From: Rhina ancylostomus
Lineage: Eukaryota
Reading direction: 5' to 3'
Assembly (NCBI GenBank): GCA_030265395.1
Contig: JARFYF010000046.1
Span: forward strand, 13,829,070 to 13,893,069
Length of the DNA: 64,000 bases
Positions within the stretch are counted from its first letter, which is position 1, and every line of letters starts with the position of its first letter. This document shows positions 38,862 to 52,774 of this stretch, in pieces. The notes below the pieces were generated by a model. The model made no database searches. It was not told the origin of the DNA and saw only the letters and a list, made by a program, of their open reading frames with translations. A program made the position numbers and the translations under genes.

Positions 38862-39378
38862 ACATACATTTATAGAGTGCCTATAACATAGTAAAGCTTC
38901 TCAGGATGGCTTGTTGAAGTTTAATGACATAATTTCCATTGAACCAATGGAGATATGTGGGCAGGTGATCAATGCTTGATAAAAGAGATGTACATTAAAG
39001 AGGTATTAAAGGAGGAAAAGGAGGTGGAAGGGGTTCCTGAATGGATCAAGATGGTTGAAGACACAGGTGTCAAGGTTGNNNNNNNNNNNNNNNNNNNNGT
39101 TGGACGCAGGGCGGGGGGGGATAGGCAAGTGTCTGGGGTTGGATGAATGTAGAGCATTTGGAGATAAAGCTTGGAGGGATTTAAACATGGGGAAATGAGA
39201 TTGCTGGTGGATCAGGGATGTGTGGAACATGGAGCTGATTAGCAAATAGACTGCAGAGTTTTGGAAGAGTTTAAGATTATGGAGAGTGGAAGCTTGGAGG
39301 AGAGTATTGAGAAACTAGAGCCTGGAGGTATCAGAAACATAGATAAGGGTTTCAGCAACTGATAAGCTCAAGTAGGTG
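38862..39378 (-). mobile_element. L2 LINE 3' portion
   Basis: Minus strand gives LSLSVAETLIYVSDTSRL (cf. AETLIHAFVTSRLDY) and MFKSLQALSP. An L2-type tail lies at about 38862-38910. Confidence 0.7.
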
Positions 39379-40454
39379 CTTCAAGCTTTTCTGTATCAAC
39401 TACTCCCTCTGTCAAAGAATTCTGTGCTCAGACGAATCTCTGCATAAATAGGTATTATTCTTATCCTTTTTCTGACATTAAGAGTGATTATTCTCTTGTT
39501 AAACTCTGCTGTTCTGGATGAAAGATTTTTTTGGAAATAGGTCCAATATCTTTGCTATGTAAATGATTAGTGACATTGTAGATTATCCCAAGGTGCAGAG
39601 TCTTTCATATGAAAGAGTCTTTCGTACGTTTTGCTATTGGACTGGTTCTTTTCCTTTAGGTGACTGCAGTAATTTAGCCTTCAGTTTACTTTCATTTGTC
39701 ACTTATGATCATCCTGTGGCATTAATGAAATAGTAAAGATAAAGAATTTTGAACTTGATGGTGCCAAGGTTTGAACTTCTCCACAGCTGCAACTTAGTGC
39801 CCAGGATATCTCAAAGTGGCAGGTCTTCCTGCTGATAAGGGCTAGCATTTCCCATATGTGATTAGAACGGTAAGCAAGCTAAATTGATGCAATTCATTTT
39901 GGCATTGCTGAGATCAAATCAAATCAGCATGGCATGAGAATTGACAACAATACCTGTGCATACTTCCAGGATGCAGTAACATCTGCCATTTTAGTGTTCT
40001 GTTCCAAGTTTGTTTTAATAGCACAATTCAAAATGACACCATTATGCCATTTTTAAGTTGCATTACCTTTTTGATATTGGGGTCATTGGAGAAAAGACCT
40101 TTAATCTATTAATAAGTGAAAAATTGGAGGCTAATCATCCATTTCCACACTTTAAAGAGTTTAAAAGTATGTTTGGAATTAGATGTTTCTCATCCCCATC
40201 CCACACCCTTCCCTCACTTCTCCTGTTGAGGGGTGGTTTGATACTTGTATTCAGATACAACAGAAGCAGAAGAGACAAACACAGTGTCTCAAAAATGCAT
40301 AAACAAAGGTGGAATTAGGAGGATTGATGGCAGTATATCTTGAGAATTGCTGCCAGTCACAGGACAGAGTAAAGAATGGTGAATGTAATTTTGAATTAAA
40401 GAGATGAAGAATAAAAGATTTGGTGGGGGGGGGCAGTCATTTATAATTGAGATA

Positions 40455-40715
40455 CATAGAAACATCCTTTCACAGAGGATGGTGAGACTCTGGAATTCTC
40501 TACCCAGAGGTTTGTTGAATCTAGATCACTGAGGATATTTAAAGAAGAAGTAGATAAATATTTGAAAGGTCAGGAAACTGAGGGTTCTGGGTAATTGGCA
40601 CAGAAGAGGAGATGACTCCTTGGGGCAGATCAACCGTGATCACATTGATTATGTGCCAGGCTTATATGGCTGAATGATCTGTTCCTGCTCCTATTTTTTT
40701 ATGTCCTTGTATTCT
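40455..40715 (+). mobile_element. CR1 3' end
   Basis: ttcacagaggatggtgagactctggaattctctacccagagg...gctgaatgatctgttcctgctcctatt. Confidence 0.8.
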
Positions 40716-42144
40716 TAAGCATGATTTAAATTATCTCCTGTTAGTGTATCTTTTACCATGGGGAATTATTAGTGTTTATTTCAAAGGAAGTTACAAAGAG
40801 GAGCTCTAGTGAGAATAACACCAACAATTCCAAACCAGGTTTACATGAAAATCAAACAGCTGTTGAACCTTTTGACATGGATGAAGGGAATGAATTTAAG
40901 TCTGTATACATTACTGACATTGACCTTGAGGGAATTTGAAGAGGTCACTGATGTGATACTGAAATCTTGTGTAATTCATGATTAAGTTGTTAATAAGATT
41001 ATTAATATATAGATGGAGAGCCAGATAGTGGCTATCAATTATATTTTCCATTAAGCAATTTTAAAGGTTTGGTTACTATAATGAGTGTTTGGAAAGAAAG
41101 AATGCTCATAAATTGATTACTGATTCTGACTGAGGAATTTTGACTAGGTTATATAAGTTAGCAAATGATGCTAAGCTGTGTGGAAAATCAGGATTAATAG
41201 GTGGAGAAACTTTATCCTGTAGCACAACATTAATGTGCACCACCCAACTGAAATTCTATGAAAAGATTATTTGTTAAAGAAAATCTGGGGCTTATTACTT
41301 TTATTGCTAAGTCTATGATTTTCCTCTTGGTCCTCTGTGCTCCTGATGCACTGGCACATTGAGGGGAAGGGATGTGGTCTACAACATCCAGCAGCTTTGA
41401 ACACATATTTGATTTCTGTGCACACACACACAGACCATTGTTGGTGCAAGCCATTGATGCAGAAGCAAGCCTGCTTTGCTGTTTGTTAGAATGGAACTGT
41501 CACAAGTGCCCCAGTCAAGGCTAGTGCTGAGAAACTGCTGCAGGTAGGTCCATTTTGTTAATACCTCTTCTTTTGACAATGACTGTCTCCCGACCCTCTC
41601 AGATTTTAACACAAACACCCACCCCACAGCAAACAATCTCAACCCAGACTCACACCCTTGGCATTTGATTGTCAACCATCCGCCCACTTCTCCTGAAACT
41701 CTGACACAAACCTTGACAACCTAATTTCCCCTTGACTGATGCAGCACTTCTACCTTCTGCATTGGTTTGAGTTTGCACACTATGAGATTGGTGAAGCATT
41801 TGCTAATTTGCCCTAGACAATTTTAGTAACTCCCTTCCAATACTGGCACACAGGTATCACTCCAGTTCTCCTACTGGAGTGTAATTGATAGGTCTCCCAC
41901 TCATTGACCAGTTATATTATACCAGTTGTATTTTTCTCACTGATCATGTGGAATCCCTGGTTTTCTTGATGTTAATTTGAAGACTGGTGATCTTGAACAC
42001 CACTCCCTCCAAAACTTGCGACCACTACCTCAGGTCCAGCTGTTTTCCATTGCGCATTATTGCAAAGACAGAGCATACAGAGTAAAAGTTCATCTTCTGC
42101 TTTAAATATATCAGAGAGTTCTATAGCTTGCAAATATCATAGCC

Positions 42145-43532
42145 CTATTTATGATACATAGATGACTTGGTTGAGAATGTACATGGTGTAATTAGTAAGT
42201 CTGCAGATGACAGAAAAATTGGTGGAGTTGTAGTTAGTGAAGAAGATTTGTTTAAGGATACAGCAGGACATAGATCAGCTGGAAAATTGGGCAGGGCAGT
42301 TGCAGAAAGAATTTAGTCCAAAGAAGTGTGAGGTAAGGTACTTTAGGAGGTTAAATTCTGGCAGGACATATAGAGTAAATGATAAGGATCTTAGGATCTT
42401 GGGAACATTAATGTACAGAGAGACCATGGGGTCCAAGTCCATAGCTCCCTGAAAGCATTGGTAGAGTAGTCGGTGCTTGCCTTCATAGGCTAAGGCATTG
42501 AGTATTGCACCATGGTCTGGTACGGCAATTCGAATGCACAGGAACATAAGAAGCTGCAGAGAGGAGTGGACTCTGCCCAATACATCACGGGCACATCCTT
42601 CCCCACTACTGGTTGTACCTACAGGAGGCACTCAAGAAGGCAACATCCAACATGCCATCCTTTTGCAGCTACCATCAGGCAGGAGGCACAGAAGCCTGAA
42701 GTCCCACACCACCAGGTTCAAGAACAGCTACTTCCCTTCAACCATTCGGTTCTTGAACCAACAGCAAAACCTAATCACTACAGTTGAGCAACACTATGAC
42801 CACTTTGATCTCTTTGCACTAAAATGGACTTTGCTTTTTTGTTCTAATTGTGTTCCTTCTTGTAAAAGTTGTGTATAATTTATGATTAATTTATGTTTTT
42901 CTTGTGAATGTTGTGTATCTGATGCTATGTGCCTGTGATGCTGCTGCAAGTAAGTTTTTCATTGCACCTGTGCATACANNNNNNNNNNNNNNNNNNNNNN
43001 NNNNNNNNNNNNNNNNNNNGCCTGTGATGCTGCTGCAAGTAAGTTTTTCATTGCACCTGTGCATACATGTACTTGTGCATATGACAATAAACTCGATTTT
43101 GAGTATAAGAGTTGGGATGTCATGTTCCAGTTGCACAAAACATTAGTTAGACTGCACTTAGAGTGTTGAGTACAGTCTGGTCGCCATGCTACAGGAAGGA
43201 TATGGCAGCAATATAGTGAGCACAGAAGAGACACACCAGGATATTTCTTGAAATGGAGGGCTTCAGTTATAAGGAGATTGGATAGGCTGGGCTTATTGCT
43301 GGAACGTAGGAGGCTGAGGGATTTATCTAGAACAAGCTACCAGAGGAGACGGTGGAGGCAGATACAATTACAAAGTTTAAAAGACATTTGGACAAGTACT
43401 TGGATGGGCAAGGAGTAGAGGGATATGGGCCTAATGCAGACAAATGGGATTAGTGTAGATAAGCATGATGGTTGACAAGGGGGAAGTGGTTTGAAAGGGC
43501 CTGATTCTGTGCTGTACCATTCTATGATTCAA
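42145..43532 (+). mobile_element. CR1 LINE 3' portion split by a Rex1/Babar insertion
   Basis: attagtaagtctgcagatgacagaaaaattggtgg (ISKSADDRKIG) and CLRIQQDIDQLENWA. CR1 resumes at 43099 (GIEY|KSWDVMFQL) and ends with a CR1 3' UTR (gggcctgattctgtgctgtaccattctatgatt). Confidence 0.9.
42506..43098 (+). mobile_element. 5'-truncated Rex1/Babar LINE with 8-bp TSD TTGAGTAT
   Basis: Translates as VWYGNSNAQEHKKLQRGVDSAQYITGT and LLQLPSGRRHRSLKSHTTRFKNSYFPSTIRFLN. TTGAGTAT occurs at 42498-42505 and 43099-43106. Confidence 0.9.
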
Positions 43533-44924
43533 TAATGCCGTAGGCCTTTTACATTTTACAATTTTACAGAGTTGGGCCCCCAAGAAGTATACTTTCAGTT
43601 TAATAAATCTTTGTAGGACAACTGATTTCTAGGCCACTTTGTACACAGAAATAAAAGTCATTTAATAACTAGGCAGAATGATACAAAAAGAATTTAAAAT
43701 AACAGAGGTGATATGAACCACTGATGAAGTATTTCTTCCAACTAAAGTCACAGGTGGTAGATTCCTTCAGATTTTTAATTGCACTGGCTTCAGCACTGAG
43801 TTGCAAGATGGGCCTCTGGATTGCTGGCGCCCATTTTATACAACTGCACAAAGCAAAGATCCACCTCAATGTATTTATTAAAAAAGACATGTGAAAGTGT
43901 TTGCAAAGAATCAATGAAAGGTTACAGTAAGGGGACTGAATTTTTAATCACTAAGCAGTAAAAGGAGAAAAGGGAGTTAAATCCACTCTCATTAGGGGAA
44001 AATGAGCACCAAAGGGACGTCATCTTTTAAATTTATTTTAAAAATATCTCAATTTAGGTGGGACGTGGATAATTCCATTGATGTTTTTATGACAGCTTAA
44101 TTTCATTATTTATATTTAATCGAAACCCCTTGAAGACAATACCATTCAATCAGAAATAATTATTGTGCACAGATTTACTTCATTGGTTGACTTGTTGCAT
44201 AAAAACAGTTGAAGACAACTTCACCTCTTTACCCTTTGAATGTAAATTGTCATGTGAGTAACAAAGCAGCTTGCTTTGCACGCTTTTAGCTATAAATCTG
44301 ATCCATGTGAAATAAAAAAAATTAAAGGAAAGCAATTAACATACTTTTGCTTGGGTGCCCCAAAGGTACATGAAAATGAAAGTCAATTGAACAGAAAACA
44401 ATCTGAACTTTCCTGCAAATGAGCCATGATTTCTTTCTTCAAGTTTGCTTTCACTAACCACAAGTAAAATGGATTAATCATTATCAATCACTGCCAATAT
44501 TTTATTTACATGTGTATTTTCCTTTCACTTCTACTCCAACAACACTTCTTGACCAAGTAGACAAGCACAGAAATTGTTCCTGAGGTAAAATTCAGTCTGG
44601 GCCCCTTCTCTCAGCCCAAAGCCAAAGGCCTGAAAATGGCAGGAAGTGTTGTCCTTGGAACTCAGCTAACTAAATTGGATAATCTGTCTGGTTGTATCAA
44701 AACTGACAGGTTCTACTGTATATCATCCATTTGTAATATTGTCTCAGTTGTTCTCCTATTGATGAGGCCTGATCTGCTGGCCATTTGCCACATTACTGTG
44801 TTTCACGGATTTCTGTTCTTATGTTTTTGTTCTCTCTCTTAATTGCCCTCGTTTCGCAGCTTTTCCAATCCATTTTTCATGTTCTTTCTCTCTAACTTCC
44901 CTTGTTCACATATCAACCAAAAAA

Positions 44925-45150
44925 CTTCATCAACATCTTACCTCCATGGCTACCTTAGTCTCATCCTAGCATGGATGTTCCCCTTGTCTTGTCCATCCCT
45001 CACCCTTCCTCTCTGCAACATAAGCCTAACTTGTTTCCTTTCATTCCTTGTTCTGACGATAGGCCTTCCCTTGAATCACTAACTGGTTTCTCTTTCTATA
45101 GATGCTGACTGACCTGCTGAATCCAGCGTTCTCTGTTGATATTTTATATT
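44925..45150 (+). mobile_element. Penelope-like 3' end / terminal repeat arm
   Basis: gttctgacgataggcc...ttgaatcactaactggtttctctttctatagatgctgactgacctgctga. The upstream part resembles the spacer of 29830-30200. Confidence 0.55.
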
Positions 45151-45749
45151 AGAAATTTCCACAAAGCATTGGGAAGACTGTGGCAATGTTTTAACGTCTA
45201 TATATTTTGTCCCTAAACCTCTCTATTGCTTCACTCATCTTTCCCCCTATAAAAGCTATCATATCATCTAAGCCTTTGTTCACCTCCACTTCCAGGTGAA
45301 AACTATTTCATTCAATGAAGATTCTCTGGAGTACCAATGACGTGCTTTGCTAAGGGCCCTATATAAATGAAAATTGTGGTTGTTTATCAATCTTCCCTCC
45401 CCTTATGACTGATTGTTTACAGGAAAGAGTGACAGACAGTTCACCATGACAATTCTGACTGCATGGATTTTGTCACAATCACTAATGGATGTCAGGGTAG
45501 GGAACACATTTTTTGTGATACCTTTTTTTGGTTAAGTACTAGCCTGCTCAAAAAGCCACAACCTCCTTTGACTTTGTCAATGGATGAATCACAAATTTAC
45601 AACAGTATTGCCAAATCATCACTCGCTAAAAAGTAAGTGTAATTTGATTGGAGGAAGTAGATTATTCATTAAACTGCCAACTATAGTTTGCCTCCTCTAA
45701 AAATCTAACTTCATCCTAACTCATACCAATAATCCGCTGCGTATCTTTT

Positions 45750-46250
45750 CATTCTAACCCTATCCTAATTTGCACCAAATCCAGCTTCCCCACTACCATA
45801 TTGCTCACTGGTCCACACTGGCCCCACAGTACCTTGATTTAAAAATGTATCTCTAGTGCTTAAATCAATCATGACCTGGCCTCACCCCAAATGGCATCTA
45901 CGTCCACCTGCAGCCAGCAGCCCTCCCAGATCCATGTGCTCCTCCAGTTCTGATCTCATGCCATCCTCAATTTCCTTTGCATTCCATTGTCTGTTTTGCA
46001 ATAATGACTGTGATTCTGAACTATTTCATTGGCTGGAAAGCACTTTGAGATGTTCTGAAAGGGATTTGAAAGATTTCATATATGTGTGTATCTTTTTTTT
46101 GTAATTAACAGGCCCCAAGCTCTATCATTTCCTTCCTAAATTTCTCTTGTTTGAGAGACCCCTGCTTGATCTTTCAAACCAAGCCTTTTGACCAAACCTT
46201 TCCTAATCTGTTCTACTATCTCCTTAAATGGCTATTTGTCAAATTTTGCA
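45750..46250 (+). mobile_element. L2 LINE 3' portion (decayed)
   Basis: Sequence resembling L2 'HITPVL..LHW', ccctcccagatccatgtgctcctccagttctg (PPRSMCSSS, cf. PPRSLRSS) and ctttcaaaccaagcctttt. Confidence 0.55.
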
Positions 46251-46264
46251 AAATGAGATCATTC

Positions 46265-46500
46265 TTTTTCTCTCCGTAGGTCAGTGGTCTCTGAATCTTT
46301 CTTCCTCAAGTTCAATGGAAGCAGTCTTTGTATATTTTTAAGGCAGACATAGACAAGTACTTCATAAACAAGGGGGTGAAAGGTTACTGTGGATAAATGG
46401 GAGTTGCGATTACAATTTGATCAGCTATGATCTTATTTAATGGTGGAGTACTTAAGGAGCAGAGTAGCCTACTCTTGCTCCTAAGTTGTATGTTCGTTTG
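46265..46500 (+). mobile_element. CR1 3' end
   Basis: gatcagctatgatcttatttaatggtggag...gagtagcctactcttgctcctaagttgtatgttc. Confidence 0.75.
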
Positions 46501-47379
46501 CCTAATAATGTTCTCCCATGAAGCATTTAATGGCATTATCTATAATTGAGTTGTTTCTGAGCTTTCCAGATTTGAAACTTCTACTTAGGAGGCACGATGT
46601 TTTGTAGTCATGGAGAATGAGCGAGAGGTGTCTCACTTGGATGCTCTCTTGCACCTCCTAATGGCTGGTCATGGACACTCATAAGCAAGTGTCAAGGTTC
46701 CCACTCAGCTGATGTGCTGTATGATGTGGATGAATGTCAAAGGAAATAAACAGGAAAGGTGTAATAAAAATAAATACCAGCTTAAAGAGAGGTAAGTTTT
46801 GCAGGTCATGTATGATGATCATTTTGTCCTCACTCCTGTACTTACACCAACCTGCAGCACAGGACGTTGATGCGAACTGAACATTTTGTTAGTACATTTA
46901 CAGGTTAAACTATCTGGCTAATATTACTAAACCTTTCAACTACATTTCTATAAAAATACCAGCCAGATGAAAAAAAGATGTTTTTACTTTTCTGGCAAAC
47001 ATTGATATAAATACATCCAAGTGCTAATTTAATTGTTAATATTTGTGATTTATACGAACATAGAAAATCCTAAGGGGTTATTGTGGAAAAGTACATTGCT
47101 GAAGAATTACATAAAAAATACAAGTCTTTTTCCCACAGTGGCTTGACTTACATATTGACGTTCCTCCAGGGCACCCAAGCAAAAATACCATAATTGCTTT
47201 TGCTTAATATTTATTTTTATTAGATTTATAGCTAAAAGTGGTGCAAACCAGGCTGCTTTGCTGAACGCAAGACAAATTGCATTCAAAGGGTAAAGAAGTG
47301 AAGCTGTCCTCAACATTTGTTTGAGTCAACAAGTTATACAATGGATTTTGACCCTTCAAATGCTGAATCTCCTTCTAAT

Positions 47380-48210
47380 ATTGTAGTTATAAGCCGAAGC
47401 TGTTCAAGATAGAGAAAACAGGGAACTATGGGGTCGTTATCCAGAACTTAGAAAATCAAAATATGATTGGGTACCATTAACACATATCTATGAATGCAAA
47501 TGGTGCCTGACAAATCATGTAGAGTTTTGTGTTTAGTTTGTGGCCAGCAGAATATTATATGGGGAAGCCATTAGATCCTATATATTTAAATTAAAAAAGA
47601 CATTTGACAAGATGGCGCAGAAGCAGTCCAAAATAGGTCCCATGAGATGGGGGTAATACTATTAGTATGGACTGAGGGTTGATTTATGGACAGAAATCAG
47701 AGCAGGAATAAACATATGAGCTGTATAATTTTCAGGCTGGCAGGCAGGAGCAAGTGGGGTGCCATAAGGATCAGTATTTGAACCTAGGCCACATCATTGG
47801 ATCAGGTGAGGGGGTTGAGTAAAACATACCCAAATTTGATGATTATATAAAGCTGGATAGGAAAATCACTTCTGAGGAGGATGTAAAGTGACTGTAAAGA
47901 GATACGGCAGGATAAGTTTGTGATCAAGAACATAGATGGAACACAATGTGGAGGAATCTAAAGTTATCTGAGGGTCTGAAGAATGTCAGTATTCAGAGGG
48001 TGTGGTTGTCCTTGTTTGTGAATCACATTAAGATAAAATGCAGGTACATCAAGCAATTCTTTTTTCAGTCTTTATTATAAATGGATTGGAGCATAAGAGT
48101 TAAACTACCTCACTGCAGTTAAACTAGTCTCTGTGTGAATGTATCCTGAACATTGTGTACTGTTTTGATTCTCCTTACCTAAGGAATGATATTCTTGCTT
48201 TAGAGGAATG
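47380..48210 (+). mobile_element. Heavily decayed CR1 ORF2 fragment
   Basis: agtggggtgccataaggatcagtattt (SGVP*GSV), aaatttgatgattatataaagctgg and tctccttacctaaggaatgatattcttgctttagag (SPYLRNDILALE). Confidence 0.75.
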
Positions 48211-49427
48211 TGTTCTGATTTGTCATTCTATCATTGACATCCATGACTGCAGATACCAATTATGCTTAACTCTGGAATTCTCTCCATCAATTTCTTCTTT
48301 CTATCTCTGTTTCTTAAGATTCTCCATAAACATTTACTGTAATAAACTCGCCAGGCTTGACTGAAAATGGAATTACCCTTCTTCACTCAATCATCATCGC
48401 TCTGAACACATTTTCAATCCCTTGTCCTAATATCTGCAAAACAACTGAGTTGAATTTTATTTAAATATAGAATGTCATGGATGTGAAGTGCTATGGGATA
48501 TTTTACTTGTACTATATAATTACAAGTTGGTGTAGTTGTTAAAAAATAGAGATTAATTATCATGACTAGACAAACTAGTTCATTATGGCTGCAGAGTGCT
48601 TCACACAGGGACTCTAGTTTCATCTGATAATTCCTATGTAGCATCCCGATAAATAATGTGGAATTTTATGCTTCTTTTAGCCCTTAATCCATCATCTAGC
48701 TCCTCCCTAAAAAAATCACCAACTACTCTGGAGAAATTAGGCTTGAATAATGGTTTTCTGTGCATTTCGCCCTTAGCTGCATTTACCAGATGGTACACAC
48801 TTATCTTTCTGACATTACCAGGATTTATGTCTTTCACACCTCTTTTTGAGCCACGTGTGTAGATAATAATTACTCTCCTGCATGTCTGTGACTTAATGTT
48901 CTTATACTGAACATGTGTTACACTTTTAATGCCTGACTACATGTGCAAACAAGGTCATATTTTCTGTTCACACTTCCTACCATAAATTTGAGTGCTCAGA
49001 TTGGCACTGTTCTTCTGTATTTGCCACTCTACACATCCTTCTTTACACTGTTGAAAACTAGTTTTACCTTCCCAATTCCTTGGCCTGCACTGTAGAGAGA
49101 TCCCAATGCACAAGCCGATGCTTTGACTTCAATGCTTAAAAAGGTGCCAAACCTTTTACTACTTAACTAAAAATTAGCACTAAACTTAATGCATTTTCTA
49201 AAGTAAGCATTAACAGAATGAATTTTAAATAGGGACTGAACTGAAATTTTACTTCCTGATGCAATAATTTCTTCTGACTCAGCTCACTTCACCTGAAGGC
49301 AGTTGATTGCCTACAATGCAATACCCTTTCTCTGTAGCACCTCGAGTTCTGTTTATGTGCACCTTCACATTTTTCTTGTTCTTTCTTTCAAAATAGAAAT
49401 TCAAAATGAAAATGGCTTAAACAACCA

Positions 49428-49572
49428 AAAATTGATACTGGAAATCTGAAGTAAAAGCAGAAAATGCTAAAAATACTCAACAGGTCAGGCAGCATCTGTG
49501 GAAAGAGAAATTTAGTTAACTTTTCAGGTCCATGATGCTTCATCCTAGCATTTTTAGCATTTTCCCATTTTC
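49428..49572 (-). mobile_element. Penelope-like terminal repeat arm
   Basis: ctggaaatctgaagtaaaagcagaaaatgctaaaaatactcaacaggtcaggcagcatctgtggaaagagaaa. Confidence 0.65.
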
Positions 49573-49687
49573 TTTATGGTTTAATACAATATCATTGCAA
49601 TTTCCAGCCAGAGTGAAGATGATTGAGTGAAGAACGGTAATTCCATTTTCACTCAAGACTGGTGAGTTCATTGCACTGAATATTTTA

Positions 49688-49922
49688 TTGGTTATTGGTT
49701 TATTATTGTCACAGTGAAAAGCTTTGTTGTGTATGCCATCCAGACAGATCATTCCAAACATAAGTACATCGAGGTGGTACAAAATGAAAAGCAATAACAA
49801 AATGCAGAATATAATGTTACAGTTACAGAGAAAGTGCAGTGCAGGTAGACAAATAAGTTACAAGGGGCATGATGAGGTAGATTGAGAGATCAAGAGTTCA
49901 TTTTTATCATACAAGAGGTCCG
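49688..49922 (-). mobile_element. Rex1/Babar LINE 3' UTR
   Basis: ttggtttattattgtcac...aatgcagaatataatgttacagttacagagaaagtgcagtgcaggtagac; homologous to 5829-6010. Confidence 0.75.
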
Positions 49923-50414
49923 CCACTACACATAATTGATATTCAGTTAAGCTCCAGTCAATCTGTTTTTTTTTTCTGGTGAATTTAGCTTGTTTTTCTG
50001 TATGCAGTTTGTTTTCCTAAACTCTTAAATAGATCCTGTTTTCTGAGTAGATTCAGTTTGCTATACAGTTGGCTGTTTGCCCTGCCCTGCCTCTAACACA
50101 TTGGCTGATTCAGCATTGTTAAAACAAACTAAAGAAAAATAATTCCATTAGTCATTATATCATTAGGAGCACTNNNNNNNNNNCACTGCTGGACTCACAA
50201 TTTCGAAGCAATAAATTAAGTTGCCTCCCCAATATTGAGCACTTTTTCCCTTTATGGGTTAAGTGAATCTCTGTTCTGCTTGCTCTGAAGTTTAATTTAT
50301 TCTAATTGCCATAGTAAATATATACCTTGAATTGGTCCTGATACTGGTTTTGCTGCCTTACACTATTTTTTGTTCACACACAAGTTCTCTATCACTAAAG
50401 TGCAATTGGTCACA

Positions 50415-50720
50415 GATTTTATTCTGATGGAGCATTATGCTGTCATCTATCAGATGAAACCCTTAACTAGGGACCACATTTACCCACTCAGGTAGATGTA
50501 ACCAATCAAGTGGCATCATTTTGAAGTGAACAGTGGAGTTTATCCAAAATTGATACTGGAACCAACATCACTACAACAGGTTATCTGTTTATTATGTTAT
50601 TGCTGTTTGTGGGATTGTGCTATGTACACGTTACTTGCTATGTTTTCTGCAATACAAAATTTTATTTCAAAATTATTTTATTAGCTGCAGAGCAAGTTAG
50701 GTAATCCTAGGGCTGTGAAT
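50415..50720 (+). mobile_element. Deu-domain SINE (decayed)
   Basis: cagatgaaacccttaac...ctcaggtagatgta...gaagtgaacagtggagtt...ccaacatcacta...attgctgtttgtgggatt. Confidence 0.65.
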
Positions 50721-51699
50721 TGCTCAAATAACCATCATTTTGTCCCCATTAGCCATTTTTAGTGATATTGATTGCTGATGTTTACAAAGAATGCTAAAAA
50801 TAAAAAAAATATAAGTTGTTCCATGAGAGTCCAGGCAGCTGCCTGAGACTTCTTGAAGTTGCTTCATGCCAATTTCAGTGGCTGACTTTGCTCTTGGGCA
50901 ATGTTACTCACACAAGTTGGTAGGTGGAAGTGCTGGCAAATCATGCAGTGCAACTGGCTTGTCACCCTGTAGATGACCTATTTTTAGAACAGTTCATCAA
51001 AGTTTCGTCTCCTTCAAGGCAAGCCTGTATACAGTATATGCAAATTCTGTAATGCTCCCCCATGTTGTTACTTCAGTTATTGCCTTCAAAGGTCAGCCAA
51101 GTACACAATTTCCCTGTTTACTGTGATTGATGAGTCAGCTCTCAGAATAATAATCCAGCAAATCACATCTCATTAACAATTAAATTAAATATTGGTGAAA
51201 ATATTTATAACATCATTTGAGTTGCCCTTGTTTTGCTTCCATTGCAATTACTAATTAAATGGCACTGTCTTTTCTTAGCATCTACTAGTCTGTTATGCAA
51301 AATCTGATCAGTAACTCTTTCCTCCCTTACTGAGCAAATTTGTCTTTGATATTTGATTGTTTTGTTACGTTATGTTTTATATCAACCTCCACCCCTTCAT
51401 TTGTGTGAGCTCTCACAGTACATGGAACATCAAACAGAGACATTAAAACTAGTAATGCTAATTAGAAGATCAGCGGTAACAAAGGAATACATGAGAGGAC
51501 AGCTCCTCAGTGGCTTTGGCAGAGAGTGTTCATGAGAAGGATATTTTGCCAGATAAAATAAAGAGCAACCATCCCCAACTGGACCTCTCACCTTGGACAT
51601 GGAACTGGGATGGGTCATATGAAGTGTCAGTGAACTGCTTAGGGTTAGGAAACTAAACAGTATGTTTCCATTTCTCAAACTCGTTGTGTTAAAACGGTG

Positions 51700-51826
51700 A
51701 AAATCAAACTGCAGGTGTTGGAAATCAAAACTAAAAGCAGAAAATTCTGCAAGTACTCAGCAGGTCTGGCTGCAACTGTGGGAGGAGAAAAAGAGTTAAT
51801 GTTTCAGGTCGAAGAAAAGTTTTCTG
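51700..51826 (-). mobile_element. Penelope-like terminal repeat arm
   Basis: actgcaggtgttggaaatc...tactcagcaggtctggctgcaactgtgggaggagaaaaagagttaatgtttcaggtcga. Confidence 0.6.
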
Positions 51827-52774
51827 TGAACGTCCATCTCCAGGGAAGGTGGTGTGAAAAGTAAAAGAGTAACAAGCTGATGGGTCGTAATCCTTTTTGT
51901 ACCAGGGAACTGCATTTGTCCAAGGGAAGGTCTTCCGTTTCACTGAATGGCAGTTTGAAGGAGAGTGACACCTACACCCACATGACATTGCGGGTGCCAA
52001 GCAAGAAGATTCATTCTCTTTGCTTAGTTTCTGACTTCTGACCAGAAAGTAGAAATGCTACCAACCATTCAACAACATGACGTTGGGAGGAATTAGACCT
52101 TTGTGAGAATACTGGCTCAGAAATTATATTGCAGAGTGTGCCTCTTCTGGACTTTGCATGAATTAGCTTCAATAAAAGTAAATAGAAAAGGAAATTTGGG
52201 GTCTTGCTGCAAATCCTATCTGTTATGACACCCCTTCAGTGATCTTGAACCAGGACTGGGTGGCCTGCCAACAATGCAGTGCTGGAGAGCAGCTGATGCC
52301 CACCACTCCACCCAGACACTCCAGGCCCCTCTCCTCTACTACCACCCTGAGGACCAGGACCCAAACTAACCTGTTTTCTTTTGCAGGCCCTACATTGGAG
52401 AAAGGGGTAAGAAAAGGCTGTTGAATGCACATGATATATAAAGCCTATACCTTTGGTACATGATTCCTGGGGCCCCATGCTCTGTGGATTCTGCAGTGAT
52501 AGATTATGAAATAAAACATTAGGATTCACACACCAATCATCAATTTAATGCACCTTTTCCAGCACCGTGAGATTTCTAGGTCACCATCTATGACATTTTC
52601 TTTAAACAAAACGTGTGAAGTGAAAATCATTGGAACCAACATGAAAACGAAAGAGGTAAGAGAGTTTTCTCCAGCTATGGAGATTTCTTGGTGAATCAGC
52701 TTTAATCAGTTTAACATGTGAGCATGCTGAGGAGAGAGTTGGTGGGAGGATATTTATGCCTTTTTGTTTAGACA

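Noticed and set aside
42930-43067. ~48-bp duplication around a short gap in the Rex 3' UTR
   Set aside because: Probably a scaffolding overlap artefact.
48634-48935. ~100-codon stop-free minus-strand frame (KDINPGNVRKISVYHLV...)
   Set aside because: No ATG start, no convincing splice sites and no recognisable domain.
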